Positions 10,408 through 20,721 of a DNA stretch of 43,565 nucleotides are shown here, in pieces (the stretch's first letter is position 1; every line of letters begins with the position of its first letter). The translations under genes were made by a program, and so were the position numbers. Source of the stretch: an uncultured Planktotalea sp. (GTDB lineage: Bacteria > Pseudomonadota > Alphaproteobacteria > Rhodobacterales > Rhodobacteraceae); contig CAYQZI010000005.1 of NCBI GenBank assembly GCA_964421835.1, positions 1-43,565 on the forward strand. The letters run 5' to 3'. The notes under the pieces are model-generated. The model saw nothing but the letters and a program-made list of their open reading frames with translations. It made no database searches and had not been told where the DNA came from.

Positions 10408-11292
10408 ATGAAGGACAGGCTCGCCCCTGAGTTGCGCGCAGCGATTTGGATGATCGGTTCGATCTTGTCGTTTTCCTTTATGGCGGTGGCAGGGCGCTGG
10501 CTTGCCGAGGGGTATGATACGTTTGAGATCATGCTTTATCGCTCGCTGACGGGCATTGTGATTGTTTTCGCATTTGCCGCAGCTGTTGGCACGCTTGGTG
10601 ACGTGACCACGCGCTCCGCCGGAACCCATGTTCTGCGCAACGCGTTCCATTTTGCGGGGCAAAACCTGTGGTTTTACGCGATCACAGTTATTCCCTTGGC
10701 GCAGGTGTTTGCGCTGGAGTTCACTTCGCCCATCTGGATTTTGATCCTGTCGCCCGTATTTCTTGGCGAGCGCATGACACGGCCGCGCGTTGTGGCGGCC
10801 ATTTTGGGCTTTATCGGCATTTTGATTGTCACCCGCCCCGGGGCCACACCGCTCAATGCTGGCATTATCACCGCCGCGATTGCGGCGATTTGCTTTGCGC
10901 TTACCGGATTGCTGACAAAGCGTTTGACCAAGACCGAAAGCCTGACCACTATCCTTGTCTATCTCACTGTGACGCAAGCGATTTTCGGGATCATTTGCGC
11001 GGGCTATGATGGCGACATTAAGCTGCCAACGCGTGAGAGCGCGCCGCTTTTGGGGCTTGTGGGGCTCGCGGGATTGATTGCGCATTTCTGCCTGACCAAA
11101 GCGCTCAGCATTGCACCTGCGACGGTAGTGATGCCGATTGATTTCACCCGCCTGCCGATGATTGCGGTCGTTGGGATGATCGTCTTTCAAGAAGCGTTGG
11201 ATCCTTGGGTGTTTGTTGGTGCGGCGCTGATTTTTGCCGGGAATTATTACAACATTTGGTCCGAAACGCGCAAAGCGCAGGTTTCGGATTGA
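10408..11292 (+). CDS. DMT/EamA family transporter
   Basis: About 10 hydrophobic segments; FTSPIW..ILSPVFLGER and GILIVTRPG patterns. Confidence 0.88.
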   Translation: MKDRLAPELRAAIWMIGSILSFSFMAVAGRWLAEGYDTFEIMLYRSLTGIVIVFAFAAAVGTLGDVTTRSAGTHVLRNAFHFAGQNLWFYAITVIPLAQVFALEFTSPIWILILSPVFLGERMTRPRVVAAILGFIGILIVTRPGATPLNAGIITAAIAAICFALTGLLTKRLTKTESLTTILVYLTVTQAIFGIICAGYDGDIKLPTRESAPLLGLVGLAGLIAHFCLTKALSIAPATVVMPIDFTRLPMIAVVGMIVFQEALDPWVFVGAALIFAGNYYNIWSETRKAQVSD

Positions 11293-11323
11293 GCGTTGCG
11301 GCGCCTTGGCGCAAACCCGTGGC

Positions 11324-12235
11324 ATGAGACAAAGCAAAACTATCCCGCCGCTCGCTTGGGCCTTGCTTGCACTGCTTGGGCTGATTTGGGGCGGCTCATT
11401 CCTGTCCATCAGGATTGCCTTGAACGAAGTCGGCTTTCTCACATCCGTCGCGCATCGCACGGGATGGGCCATGCTTATCTTGTGGCTCTACATCCTCTAT
11501 CGAGGCCTGCCCATTCCGCGCGCACCGCAGATCTGGGTTGGATTTCTAGGCATGGGGCTTTTGAACAACGCAATTCCCTTTTCGCTTATGGCTTGGGGGC
11601 AATTGACGATCGAGAGCGGACTGACGTCGATCTTGAATGCCTCTACGGCCATTTTCGGGGTTATTCTGGCGTCGCTCTTTTTCGCCGATGAAAACCTCAG
11701 CGCACGCAAACTTATCGGTGTTTTGCTTGGCTTTTTTGGTGTCGCGACGGCGATTGGGATCGAGCACTTGCTGGCCTTTGATATCCGCTCGCTGGCGCAG
11801 TTGGCGATTGTGGCAGGCACGATTTCCTACGCTTTTGCGGGTATTTGGGCACGCAAACGCCTAAGTGGTCTCGCGCCAGAGGTTGCCGCGGCGGGGATGC
11901 TGACAGGCTCGACCTTGATTATGCTGCCCGCAGCTTGGATCTTTGAAGGGCCGATCACACTGGCGCTTGCACCGATCACTTGGCTCGCGATTGGCTACTA
12001 TGTGATCATCGCGACGGCCCTTGCCTATCTTCTCTATTACCGCATTCTTGCGCTTGCAGGCAGCGGCAATCTGATGCTTGTGACCCTGCTTGTGCCGCCA
12101 ATCGCGATTGTGCTTGGCGCGGTGTTCCTTAACGAAGCGCTGCATGCGCGCGCTTATTACGGTTTTGCGCTGTTGGCCTTGGGCTTGATCATTCTTGATG
12201 GACGCGCCGTTGACGCCCTGCGCCGCGCCAAGTAG
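11324..12235 (+). CDS. DMT/EamA family transporter
   Basis: LIWGGSF, NNAIPFSL, SGLTSILNA and AVFLNE patterns; ATG at 11324. Confidence 0.88.
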   Translation: MRQSKTIPPLAWALLALLGLIWGGSFLSIRIALNEVGFLTSVAHRTGWAMLILWLYILYRGLPIPRAPQIWVGFLGMGLLNNAIPFSLMAWGQLTIESGLTSILNASTAIFGVILASLFFADENLSARKLIGVLLGFFGVATAIGIEHLLAFDIRSLAQLAIVAGTISYAFAGIWARKRLSGLAPEVAAAGMLTGSTLIMLPAAWIFEGPITLALAPITWLAIGYYVIIATALAYLLYYRILALAGSGNLMLVTLLVPPIAIVLGAVFLNEALHARAYYGFALLALGLIILDGRAVDALRRAK

Positions 12236-12266
12236 CAAAGCGAGCAAGGCGGTAAAGGAGCCAGTC

Positions 12267-13133
12267 ATGCTATATCCCACTGCGCAAGCGTGGCGCGATG
12301 CGCCGCAAAAACGTGTGTTGCTTTTTGCAATGTCCGGGCTTGGCAAAACATATGTGTCTGAAATGTTGGCCGAAAAAGGCGATTGGTTTCACTACTCTGT
12401 GGATTACCGCATCGGCACGCGCCATATGGGCGAGCATATCATCGACAATCTTAAGCGTGAGGCGATGAAAAACCCGTTTCTGCGCGATATGTTGATGCAG
12501 GATTTGGTGCATTTCGGCGTCAACGTGCATGATCACGATTTGCGCCCTGTTGCGGCTTATCTTGGCAAACCGGGCGATCCTAAGCGCGGCGGTTTGCCGA
12601 TTGCTGAGTACGAACGCCGCCAGAGCCAGTTCAAAGATGCTGAAATCGCCGCCCTGCGCGACACGGCAAGCTTTATTGAGCGCGCGCATGATATTTATGG
12701 CTATAACAATTTCATTTGCGACACGGGTGGCTCTATTTGTGAATGGGTCGATCCAGAAGATCCAAATGATCCGCTGCTGAGTGCCTTGGCGCAAGACTGC
12801 CTGATGGTCTGGATCGAGGGCAGCGACGCGCATACCGAAAGCCTGATCGCGCGCTTTGACAAAGAGCCGAAACCGATGTCCTATCAGCCCGAATTTTTGA
12901 ACCGTGTTTGGCGCGAATATCTGAGCAATAACAACATGCAAGACGGTGATGTTGATCCAGATGACTTCATCCGCTGGACCTATTCTCAGGCGCTGGCACA
13001 TCGTCAACCGCGCTATGCTGCAATGGCGCGTAACTTCGGGATTACCGTACAAGCCTCTGATATAGCGCGCGCCAGCGACGAGGCGGCTTTCATAGATGTG
13101 ATCGCCGACGCCCTTGCTGCGCGGGATGCTTAA
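12267..13133 (+). CDS. Uncharacterised P-loop ATPase/kinase
   Basis: AAGGAG RBS at 12255-12260; Walker A-like AMSGLGKT, then SVDYRIGT and DTGGS. Confidence 0.8.
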   Translation: MLYPTAQAWRDAPQKRVLLFAMSGLGKTYVSEMLAEKGDWFHYSVDYRIGTRHMGEHIIDNLKREAMKNPFLRDMLMQDLVHFGVNVHDHDLRPVAAYLGKPGDPKRGGLPIAEYERRQSQFKDAEIAALRDTASFIERAHDIYGYNNFICDTGGSICEWVDPEDPNDPLLSALAQDCLMVWIEGSDAHTESLIARFDKEPKPMSYQPEFLNRVWREYLSNNNMQDGDVDPDDFIRWTYSQALAHRQPRYAAMARNFGITVQASDIARASDEAAFIDVIADALAARDA

Positions 13134-13172
13134 GCTTATCTCAGCTCCTCAAACCACAGAAAGCCGGGTGCG

Positions 13173-14090
13173 ATGCCGATAAAACTCCCCTCTGATCTGC
13201 CCGCTTACGACGTTTTGCAGCGCGAAGGCGTGATGCTTGTGACGGAAGACGATGCCGCGCGTCAGGACATTCGCCCGCTGCGCATTGCTTTGCTCAATCT
13301 GATGCCAAAGAAGATCCAAACAGAAAACCAGTTTGCGCGCCTCATCGGCGCGACACCTTTGCAGATCGAACTGTCCTTGATCCGCATGAGCGAGCATAAA
13401 ACCCGCAACACCGCTGCCAAACATATGGAGAGCTTTTATCGCCCGTTCTCCGAGGTGAAGACCGAGAAATTCGACGGTTTGATCATCACAGGCGCACCGA
13501 TCGAGCATCTTCCTTTTGACGATGTCACCTATTGGGAAGAATTGTGCGATGTGTTCGAGTGGACGCAAACCCATGTGCATTCCACCTTGGGCGTGTGCTG
13601 GGGCGGCATGGCGATGATTAACTACTTCCACGATGTGCAAAAACATATTCTGGATGAAAAACTCTTTGGCTGTTATCGCCATAGCAATCTTGCCCCGTCG
13701 TCGCCATTTTTACGTGGATTTTCAGATGATTGCGTCATTCCTGTAAGCCGCTGGACAGAAATGTCCCAGCGCGAGATTGACCAGAAAGACGGGCTTACGA
13801 CGTTGCTCTCTAGCGATGGATCCGGGCCCTGTTTGGTCGAAGACCCTGAACATCGCGCGCTCTATATTTTCAACCATTTCGAATATGATTCCGGCACGCT
13901 TAAGCAAGAGTATGATCGCGATATCGCCGAAGGCGTGTCAATCAACGTTCCGATGAACTACTATCCCGGCGATGATCCAAGCCAAGTGCCGCAGAACCGT
14001 TGGCGCAGCCATGCGCATTTGCTTTATGGCAATTGGATCAATGAGATATACCAAACGACCCCATTTGAAAGCGATCTGATCGGTGTTTAA
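13173..14090 (+). CDS. metA: Homoserine O-acyltransferase (MetA family, probably acetyl-specific)
   Basis: [26 protein letters not shown], catalytic CWG, HFEY and WRSHAHLL. Confidence 0.95.
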   Translation: MPIKLPSDLPAYDVLQREGVMLVTEDDAARQDIRPLRIALLNLMPKKIQTENQFARLIGATPLQIELSLIRMSEHKTRNTAAKHMESFYRPFSEVKTEKFDGLIITGAPIEHLPFDDVTYWEELCDVFEWTQTHVHSTLGVCWGGMAMINYFHDVQKHILDEKLFGCYRHSNLAPSSPFLRGFSDDCVIPVSRWTEMSQREIDQKDGLTTLLSSDGSGPCLVEDPEHRALYIFNHFEYDSGTLKQEYDRDIAEGVSINVPMNYYPGDDPSQVPQNRWRSHAHLLYGNWINEIYQTTPFESDLIGV

Positions 14091-15033
14091 ATTTCTGCTC
14101 TATGTCTGTGTTGCGCTGCTTTTATTGGCGGCTCTCACGCTGTGGCGGGCAAGCGCACGCGAAACCGCTGCAGAGGCGACCTACCCTCCCGAGGGTCAAT
14201 TCATCGAGGTGAATGGCCAAAAAGTACATGCCGTTGTGCGCGGCGCAGGGCCTGACCTGATTTTGCTCCACGGTGCGTCCGGTTCGACCCGCGATGTGAC
14301 GTTTTCGCTTATGGCGCAGCTAGAGCAAGACTACCGCGTGATTGCTTTGGACCGCCCCGGTCTTGGCTACACGCCGCGCGTGACGCCAAAGGGTGAAACG
14401 CTCAGCCAGCAAGCAGCCCTTTTGTCTGCCGCCGCGCGCGTTTTGGGCGCTGAAAACCCAATCGTCGTTGGCCATTCCTTTGGCGGCGCGGTTGCGCTCA
14501 ATTGGGCGGTGCACCACGGCGATACGATGGCGGCGCTTGTGTTGCTTGCTGCGCCCTCTAATCCGTGGACGACCCCGATTGATCCGCTTTACCGTGCGAC
14601 CTCTTCCAAATTGGGCGCGACATTCCTAGTGCCTTTGCTCACCGCCTTTGTGCCAAATTCTTATGTTGCCAAAGCCTTTGACGACGTGTTCGCGCCGCAG
14701 CCCGCGCCCGATGGCTACGCGGAATACTTTGGCCCTGGCATCACCCTGCGCCGTCACACGATGATCGCGAATGCGCGCCAGCGCACGCATTTATTGCCTG
14801 ATATCAACGCCTTGGTTCCACGGTATGGCGAAATTAAAGTGCCTACAGAAATCCTTCACGGAGATGCGGATACGATTGTGGGCTTGTCGATCCACTCTGA
14901 TTTGCTGGTCGATCAGATCGAAGATGCTGAACTAACCGTGCTAAAAGGCGTCGGACATATGCCGCAACATGTCTCGCAACCGGAGGTGATCGACGCCATT
15001 CACCGCGCCGCAACCCGCGCTGGATTGCGGTAA
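14083..15033 (+). CDS. Alpha/beta hydrolase with N-terminal membrane anchor
   Basis: LLHGASG, DRPGLGY, nucleophile GHSFGG, HGDAD and GVGHM. Confidence 0.9.
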   Translation: MFKFLLYVCVALLLLAALTLWRASARETAAEATYPPEGQFIEVNGQKVHAVVRGAGPDLILLHGASGSTRDVTFSLMAQLEQDYRVIALDRPGLGYTPRVTPKGETLSQQAALLSAAARVLGAENPIVVGHSFGGAVALNWAVHHGDTMAALVLLAAPSNPWTTPIDPLYRATSSKLGATFLVPLLTAFVPNSYVAKAFDDVFAPQPAPDGYAEYFGPGITLRRHTMIANARQRTHLLPDINALVPRYGEIKVPTEILHGDADTIVGLSIHSDLLVDQIEDAELTVLKGVGHMPQHVSQPEVIDAIHRAATRAGLR

Positions 15034-15081
15034 GCGGCGCAGCCCGTCATAGTGGCGAAAACAACATGGGGATGCGCGCGC

Positions 15082-15951
15082 ATGAAACTGCCATTCGAGG
15101 GTGCAATCAGCACTTTTTACAACGAAAAAGCGCCGGACGCGGTGCGCAAAGCGATCCAAAATGGTGAAAAAGACGCGATTCTAAGCGCCAGTTATCCTTA
15201 TGATGCGCGCATGAAACGCAAAGCTTACGAAAAGGACATGGCCGCGCTTCAGATTGAGCTCGTGCGCTTTCAACATTGGGTGCGCGAGACTTCTCAGCGC
15301 GTTGCAATCGTCTTTGAAGGGCGCGACGCTGCGGGCAAAGGCGGCACAATCAAACGCTTTCGCGAAAATCTGAACCCGCGCTCGGCCAATGTCGTTGCTC
15401 TGTCCAAACCAACCGAGCGCGAGCAAAGCCAATGGTATTTTCAACGCTACATTGATCATCTGCCTGCGGGCGGCGAGATCACGTTTTTTGATCGCAGCTG
15501 GTACAACCGAGGCGTTGTTGAACATGTGTTCGAATTTTGCGCGCCCGCGCAGCGCGAAGTGTTTTTCAAGCAAGTGACGCAATTTGAGGATATGATCGTC
15601 AATGAGGGGATAACCCTTGTGAAATTCTGGCTCAACGTGGGCCGCGAAGAGCAACTGCGCCGGTTTTTGGCCCGCGAGAGTGATCCTTTGAAGCAGTGGA
15701 AGTTGTCTTGGATCGATGTCGAGGGGCTGAACCGCTGGGATGCCTATTCCGAGGCGATCAGCGAAAATATGCAGCGCAGCCATACACCAAGCGCGCCGTG
15801 GACGGTGATCCGCTCGGATGACAAACGCCGCGCGCGCGTGAATGCAATCCGTCATGTGCTGGCGCAATTTGACTACGCACATAAAGACAAAGACGCTCTG
15901 GGGGCGCTGGATTCGAAGGTTTGTGCGGGTCCGGAGATTTGGGATGCCTAA
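15082..15951 (+). CDS. ppk2: Polyphosphate kinase 2
   Basis: [25 protein letters not shown] and SDDKRRAR. Confidence 0.95.
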   Translation: MKLPFEGAISTFYNEKAPDAVRKAIQNGEKDAILSASYPYDARMKRKAYEKDMAALQIELVRFQHWVRETSQRVAIVFEGRDAAGKGGTIKRFRENLNPRSANVVALSKPTEREQSQWYFQRYIDHLPAGGEITFFDRSWYNRGVVEHVFEFCAPAQREVFFKQVTQFEDMIVNEGITLVKFWLNVGREEQLRRFLARESDPLKQWKLSWIDVEGLNRWDAYSEAISENMQRSHTPSAPWTVIRSDDKRRARVNAIRHVLAQFDYAHKDKDALGALDSKVCAGPEIWDA

Positions 15952-16567
15952 GAAACGTGGCTATCACCACGGAAATTTGCGTCAAGCATTGGTTGAAGCC
16001 GCATTAGAGCTGATCCGCGCCAAGGGGCCGACGGGATTTACATTGTCAGAAGCGGCCAAACAAGCGGGAGTGACCCCTGCGGCGGTCTATCGCCATTTTG
16101 AAGGGCGCGAAGACTTGATTGCTGAAGCTGCGCGCCAAGGTTACGAGATTTTTGCGGATGTGATGCAATACGCCTATGACAAAGGCCAACCTTCGGCTTT
16201 GGCCGCGTTTGAAGCCACGGGCCGCGCTTATCTCGCCTTTGCGCGTAAATATCCCGGTCATTATATTGCGATGTTCGAAAGCGGCATTTCGGTGAACCGA
16301 ACACCCGAGCTTGCCATAGTCTCAACGCGTGCACGCGGCGTGCTTGAGCAAGCGGCTGAGGATTTAAACCAACATATTCCAGAGCATAAGCGCCCCCCAG
16401 CCTCTATGTTCAGCGCGCATATTTGGGCGATGAGCCACGGGGTGGTCGAGTTGTTCGCGCGCAATTCTCCGGGTACGCAAAGCCCTTTCCCGCCAGAAGA
16501 TTTACTGGAAAGCGCTATCGGAATATACCTGCGTGGTCTGGGTTTGATCGACGCTGATACCAAATAG
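15944..16567 (+). CDS. TetR/AcrR family transcriptional regulator
   Basis: [37 protein letters not shown]-terminal WAMSHG. Overlaps the ppk2 stop. Confidence 0.92.
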   Translation: MPKKRGYHHGNLRQALVEAALELIRAKGPTGFTLSEAAKQAGVTPAAVYRHFEGREDLIAEAARQGYEIFADVMQYAYDKGQPSALAAFEATGRAYLAFARKYPGHYIAMFESGISVNRTPELAIVSTRARGVLEQAAEDLNQHIPEHKRPPASMFSAHIWAMSHGVVELFARNSPGTQSPFPPEDLLESAIGIYLRGLGLIDADTK

Positions 16568-16593
16568 AGACGCGCAAAGCGCGTCACAGGTTG

Positions 16594-16614
16594 AGCATGG
16601 GACAAGCCCATGCT
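16594..16614. repeat. Short palindrome (REP-like)
   Basis: AGCATGGG-acaag-CCCATGCT, a perfect 8-bp stem. Confidence 0.55.
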
Positions 16615-16618
16615 GGTT

Positions 16619-16798
16619 TGCCTCCGGCGGCGATATTTAGGGAAAGAGGACGGGGACACCTTTTCCAAAGCATCCCCAAAGAAGCCAGGCTTCCCCTTTC
16701 ACGGCCATCGGCGTCGCCGCCTGTTCCGCCATCGAAAAGTATTACGGCCAAGGTTAAGAAAGTGTTTCCTCTTTCTAAAAATATCGCCGCCGGAGGCA
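16619..16798. repeat. 32-bp inverted repeat pair (REP/MITE-like element)
   Basis: TGCCTCCGGCGGCGATATTTAGGGAAAGAGGA (16619-16650) versus the reverse complement of 16767-16798: 29/32 identical, 116-nt spacer. Confidence 0.85.
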
Positions 16799-16820
16799 CT
16801 CGCACGCCTTTGGCGTGCTC

Positions 16821-16856
16821 AAAAAAGAAAAGGGCCGCTCGTAAGAGCAGCCCTTT
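16821..16856 (-). terminator. Rho-independent terminator of rplM-rpsI
   Basis: Minus strand AAAGGGCTGCTC-ttac-GAGCGGCCCTTT followed by TCTTTTTT. Confidence 0.85.
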
Positions 16857-16877
16857 GCAACAAACTTGTAAAAGCGA

Positions 16878-17372
16878 TTAACGCTTAGAGAACTGGAAGC
16901 TACGACGCGCTTTGCGCTTACCAGGCTTCTTACGTTCAACAACGCGGCTGTCGCGTGTGATGAAGCCGGCAGCTTTCAAAGCACCGCGCAAGGAAGGATC
17001 ATAAAGCTGAAGCGCTTTAGAAATGCCGTGCTTAACCGCACCAGCCTGACCAGACAGGCCACCACCTTTAACAGTTGCCATCACGTCGAACTGATCTTCA
17101 ACACCAGCAACCGTAAACGGCTGGCGTAGGATCATCTGCAGAACTGGGCGCGCGAAATACGCAGCCATTTCTTTACCGTTCACAACAACTTTGCCGGAAC
17201 CGGGCTTGATCCAAACGCGGGCAACCGCGTCTTTACGCTTGCCAGTCGCGTAGGAACGACCGAGCTCATCGCGGACAGGCTCGCGTGTGATCGCCGCTTC
17301 AACAACAACTGCTGCTTCAACGCCTTCGGCAACTGCGCCGAGCTCTTCGAGAGAATTTACTTGATCAGCCAT
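16878..17372 (-). CDS. rpsI: 30S ribosomal protein S9
   Basis: [22 protein letters not shown] and C-terminal QFSKR. Confidence 0.99.
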   Translation of the reverse strand: MADQVNSLEELGAVAEGVEAAVVVEAAITREPVRDELGRSYATGKRKDAVARVWIKPGSGKVVVNGKEMAAYFARPVLQMILRQPFTVAGVEDQFDVMATVKGGGLSGQAGAVKHGISKALQLYDPSLRGALKAAGFITRDSRVVERKKPGKRKARRSFQFSKR

Positions 17373-17374
17373 GA

Positions 17375-17836
17375 TTATACCCGTGTGTTCTTGGAGTTCA
17401 TGGACTTCACGTCCACAACTTCTGGGTTTTGTGCTTCATGCGGGTGCTCTGCACCAGCGTAGACACGCAAGTTCGTCATCTGCTGACGGCTCAAAGGACC
17501 GCCTGGCAACATGCGCTGAACTGCTTTGGTCATCACGCGCTCGGGGTAATCGCCCTCAAGCAATTGACCTGCCGTGCGGAACTTGATGCCGCCCGGGTGG
17601 CCCGTGTGCCAGTAATATTTCTTGTCTGTGCGTTTCTTGCCCGTCATCTGCACTTTTTCAGCGTTGATGATGATGACATTGTCGCCCATATCCATGTGCG
17701 GCGTGAAGGACGCTTTGTGCTTGCCGCGCAGGCGCATAGCAACGATCGAAGCGAGACGGCCCAAAACGACACCTTCGGCGTCAATAATGATCCATTTCTT
17801 CTCGATGTCTGCTGGCTTTGCAGAGAAGGTTTTCAT
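17375..17836 (-). CDS. rplM: 50S ribosomal protein L13
   Basis: [30 protein letters not shown] and HPHEAQNP. Confidence 0.99.
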   Translation of the reverse strand: MKTFSAKPADIEKKWIIIDAEGVVLGRLASIVAMRLRGKHKASFTPHMDMGDNVIIINAEKVQMTGKKRTDKKYYWHTGHPGGIKFRTAGQLLEGDYPERVMTKAVQRMLPGGPLSRQQMTNLRVYAGAEHPHEAQNPEVVDVKSMNSKNTRV

Positions 17837-17901
17837 CGACTTATACCCTTATAGGTCTGTGCTCATAAAAGAGCGCGCCAGATGACGCGCTTGATGGAGG
17901 C

Positions 17902-17929
17902 GTTATACGCGTGCTGAAAACCACGTCAA
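17902..17929 (-). promoter_or_regulatory. Sigma70 promoter of rplM-rpsI
   Basis: -35 TTGACG (17929-17924), 16-nt spacer, -10 TATAAC (17907-17902). Confidence 0.65.
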
Positions 17930-17994
17930 CCGCAGTTAACTTCATTTAAATGAGCAAAAACAAATGCTTGCAAATTAGGTATAATAATACCCCA

Positions 17995-19416
17995 TCAAAC
18001 ACCAATGCGTTCAGGGGGATAATCAAGCAATTCGCGCAGCCGCATCATCGCGTCTTCAAAATGGTCATGGTCAATCTGCGCATTGATCGCAATGCGCACA
18101 GCATGAGGCGCACGTGCCTCGCGGCCTGCGAATTCTTCAGCCGGTCGGATCTGAACCTTCTCGACTTCAGCCGCCTGGCAAAACGCAGATGCGCGCCACC
18201 CTTCGGGCAAACGCAACCAAACGAAAGGCACATCTTTGTGCCAAGTCAAATCGTAACACCCCAAAGCATTCACGCAGGTGTGCACATATTTTGAAAATAC
18301 CGCATTCACCTCTTTAGCGCACTCAGCGGCTTTCGGCTCAGCGAGCAAGCGTTCGGCCAAATCAGCCAAAGGGGTCGCAAGGCCAAAGAAGCCATGCTCG
18401 GCTGAGCGGCGTAATGCGGGAACGCTTGGTTTAGGGGCTATGACAAATCCAATACGCAACGCTGGCGTCAGAGTTTTTGATATCGAAGAGACATACCACC
18501 CCCGCTCAGGCGCGAGCATGCGGTAACTCGGGGCGCGGGATGCGCCCATGCGATAGCAATCATCCTCGACGATTTGAATGTCGTGGGCGCGCGCCACCTC
18601 AACAATCTCTTCGCGCCGTGTCACAGGAGTAAACAAGCCTGTCGGGTTATGCACCTCAGGTGAGGTGCAAATTGCCTGTACATCATGAGATTTCGCAACC
18701 GCGGCAATGGCTTCTGGGATCATGCCGTCACTGTCCATCGGGATAGAGATCACATCCGCGCGCAACAAAGCAGCGGCACGACGAAAACCCGGATAAGACA
18801 GCTCTTCCACCAAAATGACAGGCGTGCGCCCACTCAAGATTGACTGCAGCGCCAAGCTCACACCATTTTGCCCACCATGGGACAGGACAATATCCTCTTG
18901 GTCAAGCGCGCCGAGGGGCGTGCCGCTAAGCCAATGTTTGACAGCTTCGCGCGCTGGCTTGAAAGTTTTGCGGTTCGGATAGTGCATCACGCCAGAACGT
19001 GGGTTGGCCGCCACCTGCCCCATCAAATCCTTAATCAACTGCGCCTGCCCCACATCTGGCAACTGCGGCGAGGTCAAACGCACCACATCTGGGCGACGCT
19101 CGATTACACTTGGAAGAGTGGCCACATCCACCAAGTAGTCCGTTTTATTCAGCGACTCACTTACTGTTTTTGGCGGCGCCACAAAGGTTCCGCGCCCCAC
19201 TGCCGCCTCTAATACACCCTCATCGGTTAAAAGAGTGTAAGCGCGCGCCACTGTTCCGGGCGTTATTTTGAGATCCCACGCAAGATCGCGCACGGGGGGC
19301 AATTTTTGTTGTACCGCAAGGGTTTCATCGCAAATGGCATCGCGAATTGCGGATGCAAGCGCTTTGTACTTAGGGCCTTCGCAACCCTCAATGCTTGGGA
19401 GCCAAATTGTATTCAT
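17995..19416 (-). CDS. MocR/GabR-type GntR regulator with PLP-aminotransferase domain
   Basis: wHTH KLPPVRDLAWDLKITPGTVARAY..GRGTFV, then HNPTG, IVEDDCY and SISKTLTPALRIG. Start at ATG 19416. Confidence 0.92.
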   Translation of the reverse strand: MNTIWLPSIEGCEGPKYKALASAIRDAICDETLAVQQKLPPVRDLAWDLKITPGTVARAYTLLTDEGVLEAAVGRGTFVAPPKTVSESLNKTDYLVDVATLPSVIERRPDVVRLTSPQLPDVGQAQLIKDLMGQVAANPRSGVMHYPNRKTFKPAREAVKHWLSGTPLGALDQEDIVLSHGGQNGVSLALQSILSGRTPVILVEELSYPGFRRAAALLRADVISIPMDSDGMIPEAIAAVAKSHDVQAICTSPEVHNPTGLFTPVTRREEIVEVARAHDIQIVEDDCYRMGASRAPSYRMLAPERGWYVSSISKTLTPALRIGFVIAPKPSVPALRRSAEHGFFGLATPLADLAERLLAEPKAAECAKEVNAVFSKYVHTCVNALGCYDLTWHKDVPFVWLRLPEGWRASAFCQAAEVEKVQIRPAEEFAGREARAPHAVRIAINAQIDHDHFEDAMMRLRELLDYPPERIGV

Positions 19417-19494
19417 TACAATCTTTCTGTAGACGTACAATGTATCATTTTGTACTAAAAGTATACGAAACGATTCACATTGTGTCAATACAAT
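19406..19494. promoter_or_regulatory. Putative MocR operator array (ACAAT/ATTGT repeats)
   Basis: ATTGTA-N5-TACAAT (19406-19422), GTACAA-N9-TTGTAC (19435-19455) and ATTGT-N6-ACAAT (19479-19494) in the divergent promoter. Confidence 0.55.
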
Positions 19495-19507
19495 AAGGGA
19501 GTGTTCC

Positions 19508-19741
19508 ATGTCACAATCTCACGCTCTGATCTCTGCAGATCTCCGTTTTCTCGACCGTCAACGTCCCTTGCCACTTTTGGCGACATTGGCCGTACGCTTG
19601 GCTGTGACGACCTCCAAATGGGCGGATCGCGCACATACGCGCAAAGCGTTGAAAGACCTTGATCCGCATTTGCTGCGCGATATTGGTTTGACGCCTGAGG
19701 CCGCCGATATTGAAGCGAACAAGAGGTTCTGGCGCGTGTAA
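19508..19741 (+). CDS. DUF1127 small protein
   Basis: AAGGGAG RBS; W..RAHTRKALKDLDPHLLRDIGLT...EANKRFWR signature. Confidence 0.9.
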   Translation: MSQSHALISADLRFLDRQRPLPLLATLAVRLAVTTSKWADRAHTRKALKDLDPHLLRDIGLTPEAADIEANKRFWRV

Positions 19742-19784
19742 ATCGCGCTTCGGACTGTTCCCAAGTTTCACGAACCTCTTACTT

Positions 19785-19823
19785 CGGCGGCTTTCATTGT
19801 TTCGGCATGGGCCGCCGCTTTTT
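19785..19823 (+). terminator. Probable terminator of the DUF1127 gene
   Basis: CGGCGGC...GCCGCCG stem followed by CTTTTT. Confidence 0.55.
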
Positions 19824-20721
19824 ATGTTCGTGTTCTTTCGCGCCAAATGATTAAGACGCCCGCGCCGACGATCAAAAGAACCCCTGGAAAGAGCGTATCA
19901 AGCGGCGCTTCGCCAAACAAAAGCCAGCCAAACAAGCCTGCGCTTAGGATGCCGAAATACCAAAACGGTGCAAGCACCGATGGGCTGGCAATGCGAAATG
20001 CGATCATCATCAGTAAAACGCCAATGCCGCCAACCGTGGACATAAGCAGTATAAGCCCAGCATCCGGCCAGCTTTGCACGCCTGAAAACTCGGTCGTAAA
20101 CACCGCTAGAATGATCGCGCCAATGATCGATCCTATGGAAGAATACAGATATAACAATCCATTAGACGTCTCTGGTCCGAATTTTCGCACACTCACCATT
20201 GCAAAGGCATAACAGGCCGCCGCAGCCACCGGCAGGATCGCAATCAAGCTGAATGCGTCCGATCCTGGGCGCAAAATCCAAACCACGCCGGCAAATCCAA
20301 CTACCAGCGCTGCGATCCGCCAGATGCCGACTTTCTCACCCAAATAGAGCACTGACAAAATCACCACAAAGAACGAATTTGTTTGGCCCAAAGTCGCAAC
20401 AGTCGCCAGCTCCAATTGCGCAAGCGCCGAGTAGAAAAATAGCTGCGCAAAGGCAACGACAACACCGCGACCTAACGCAAGTTTCGAGTTCTCGATCTTT
20501 AACGCGCTGGCCTTAAATCGAAGCTCCCCTGTCCAGATCAGCAGCGCGAGCGATGGCAGGATCCCGAAAACATTGCGATAGGCAGAGAGTTCTTGCGCCG
20601 AGTAATTTGTGCTTAAGATCCTGACCAAAATGGACATGACATCGAAACATAAAATCGTAAGAATAAGCAACCCAATTGCTTTGAAACTCATCAGTTGAAC
20701 AGGCGGGTTTGGCGTGCTCAT
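19822..20721 (-). CDS. DMT/EamA family transporter
   Basis: About 10 TM segments; LGEKVGIWR..ALVVGFAGVVWILRPG. Confidence 0.88.
   Translation of the reverse strand: MSTPNPPVQLMSFKAIGLLILTILCFDVMSILVRILSTNYSAQELSAYRNVFGILPSLALLIWTGELRFKASALKIENSKLALGRGVVVAFAQLFFYSALAQLELATVATLGQTNSFFVVILSVLYLGEKVGIWRIAALVVGFAGVVWILRPGSDAFSLIAILPVAAAACYAFAMVSVRKFGPETSNGLLYLYSSIGSIIGAIILAVFTTEFSGVQSWPDAGLILLMSTVGGIGVLLMMIAFRIASPSVLAPFWYFGILSAGLFGWLLFGEAPLDTLFPGVLLIVGAGVLIIWRERTRT

Noticed and set aside
8649-11472. Long minus-strand ORFs (378 aa, 226 aa, 382 aa)
   Set aside because: Antisense to guaA and the DMT genes, with no recognisable motifs.
13134-13172. SAM riboswitch upstream of metA
   Set aside because: The gap is only 39 nt and I could not recognise a SAM-II or SAM-SAH pattern.
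16584-16888. Small ORFs in the tetR-rpsI gap
   Set aside because: They run across the inverted repeats and the terminator, with no RBS or protein-like features.
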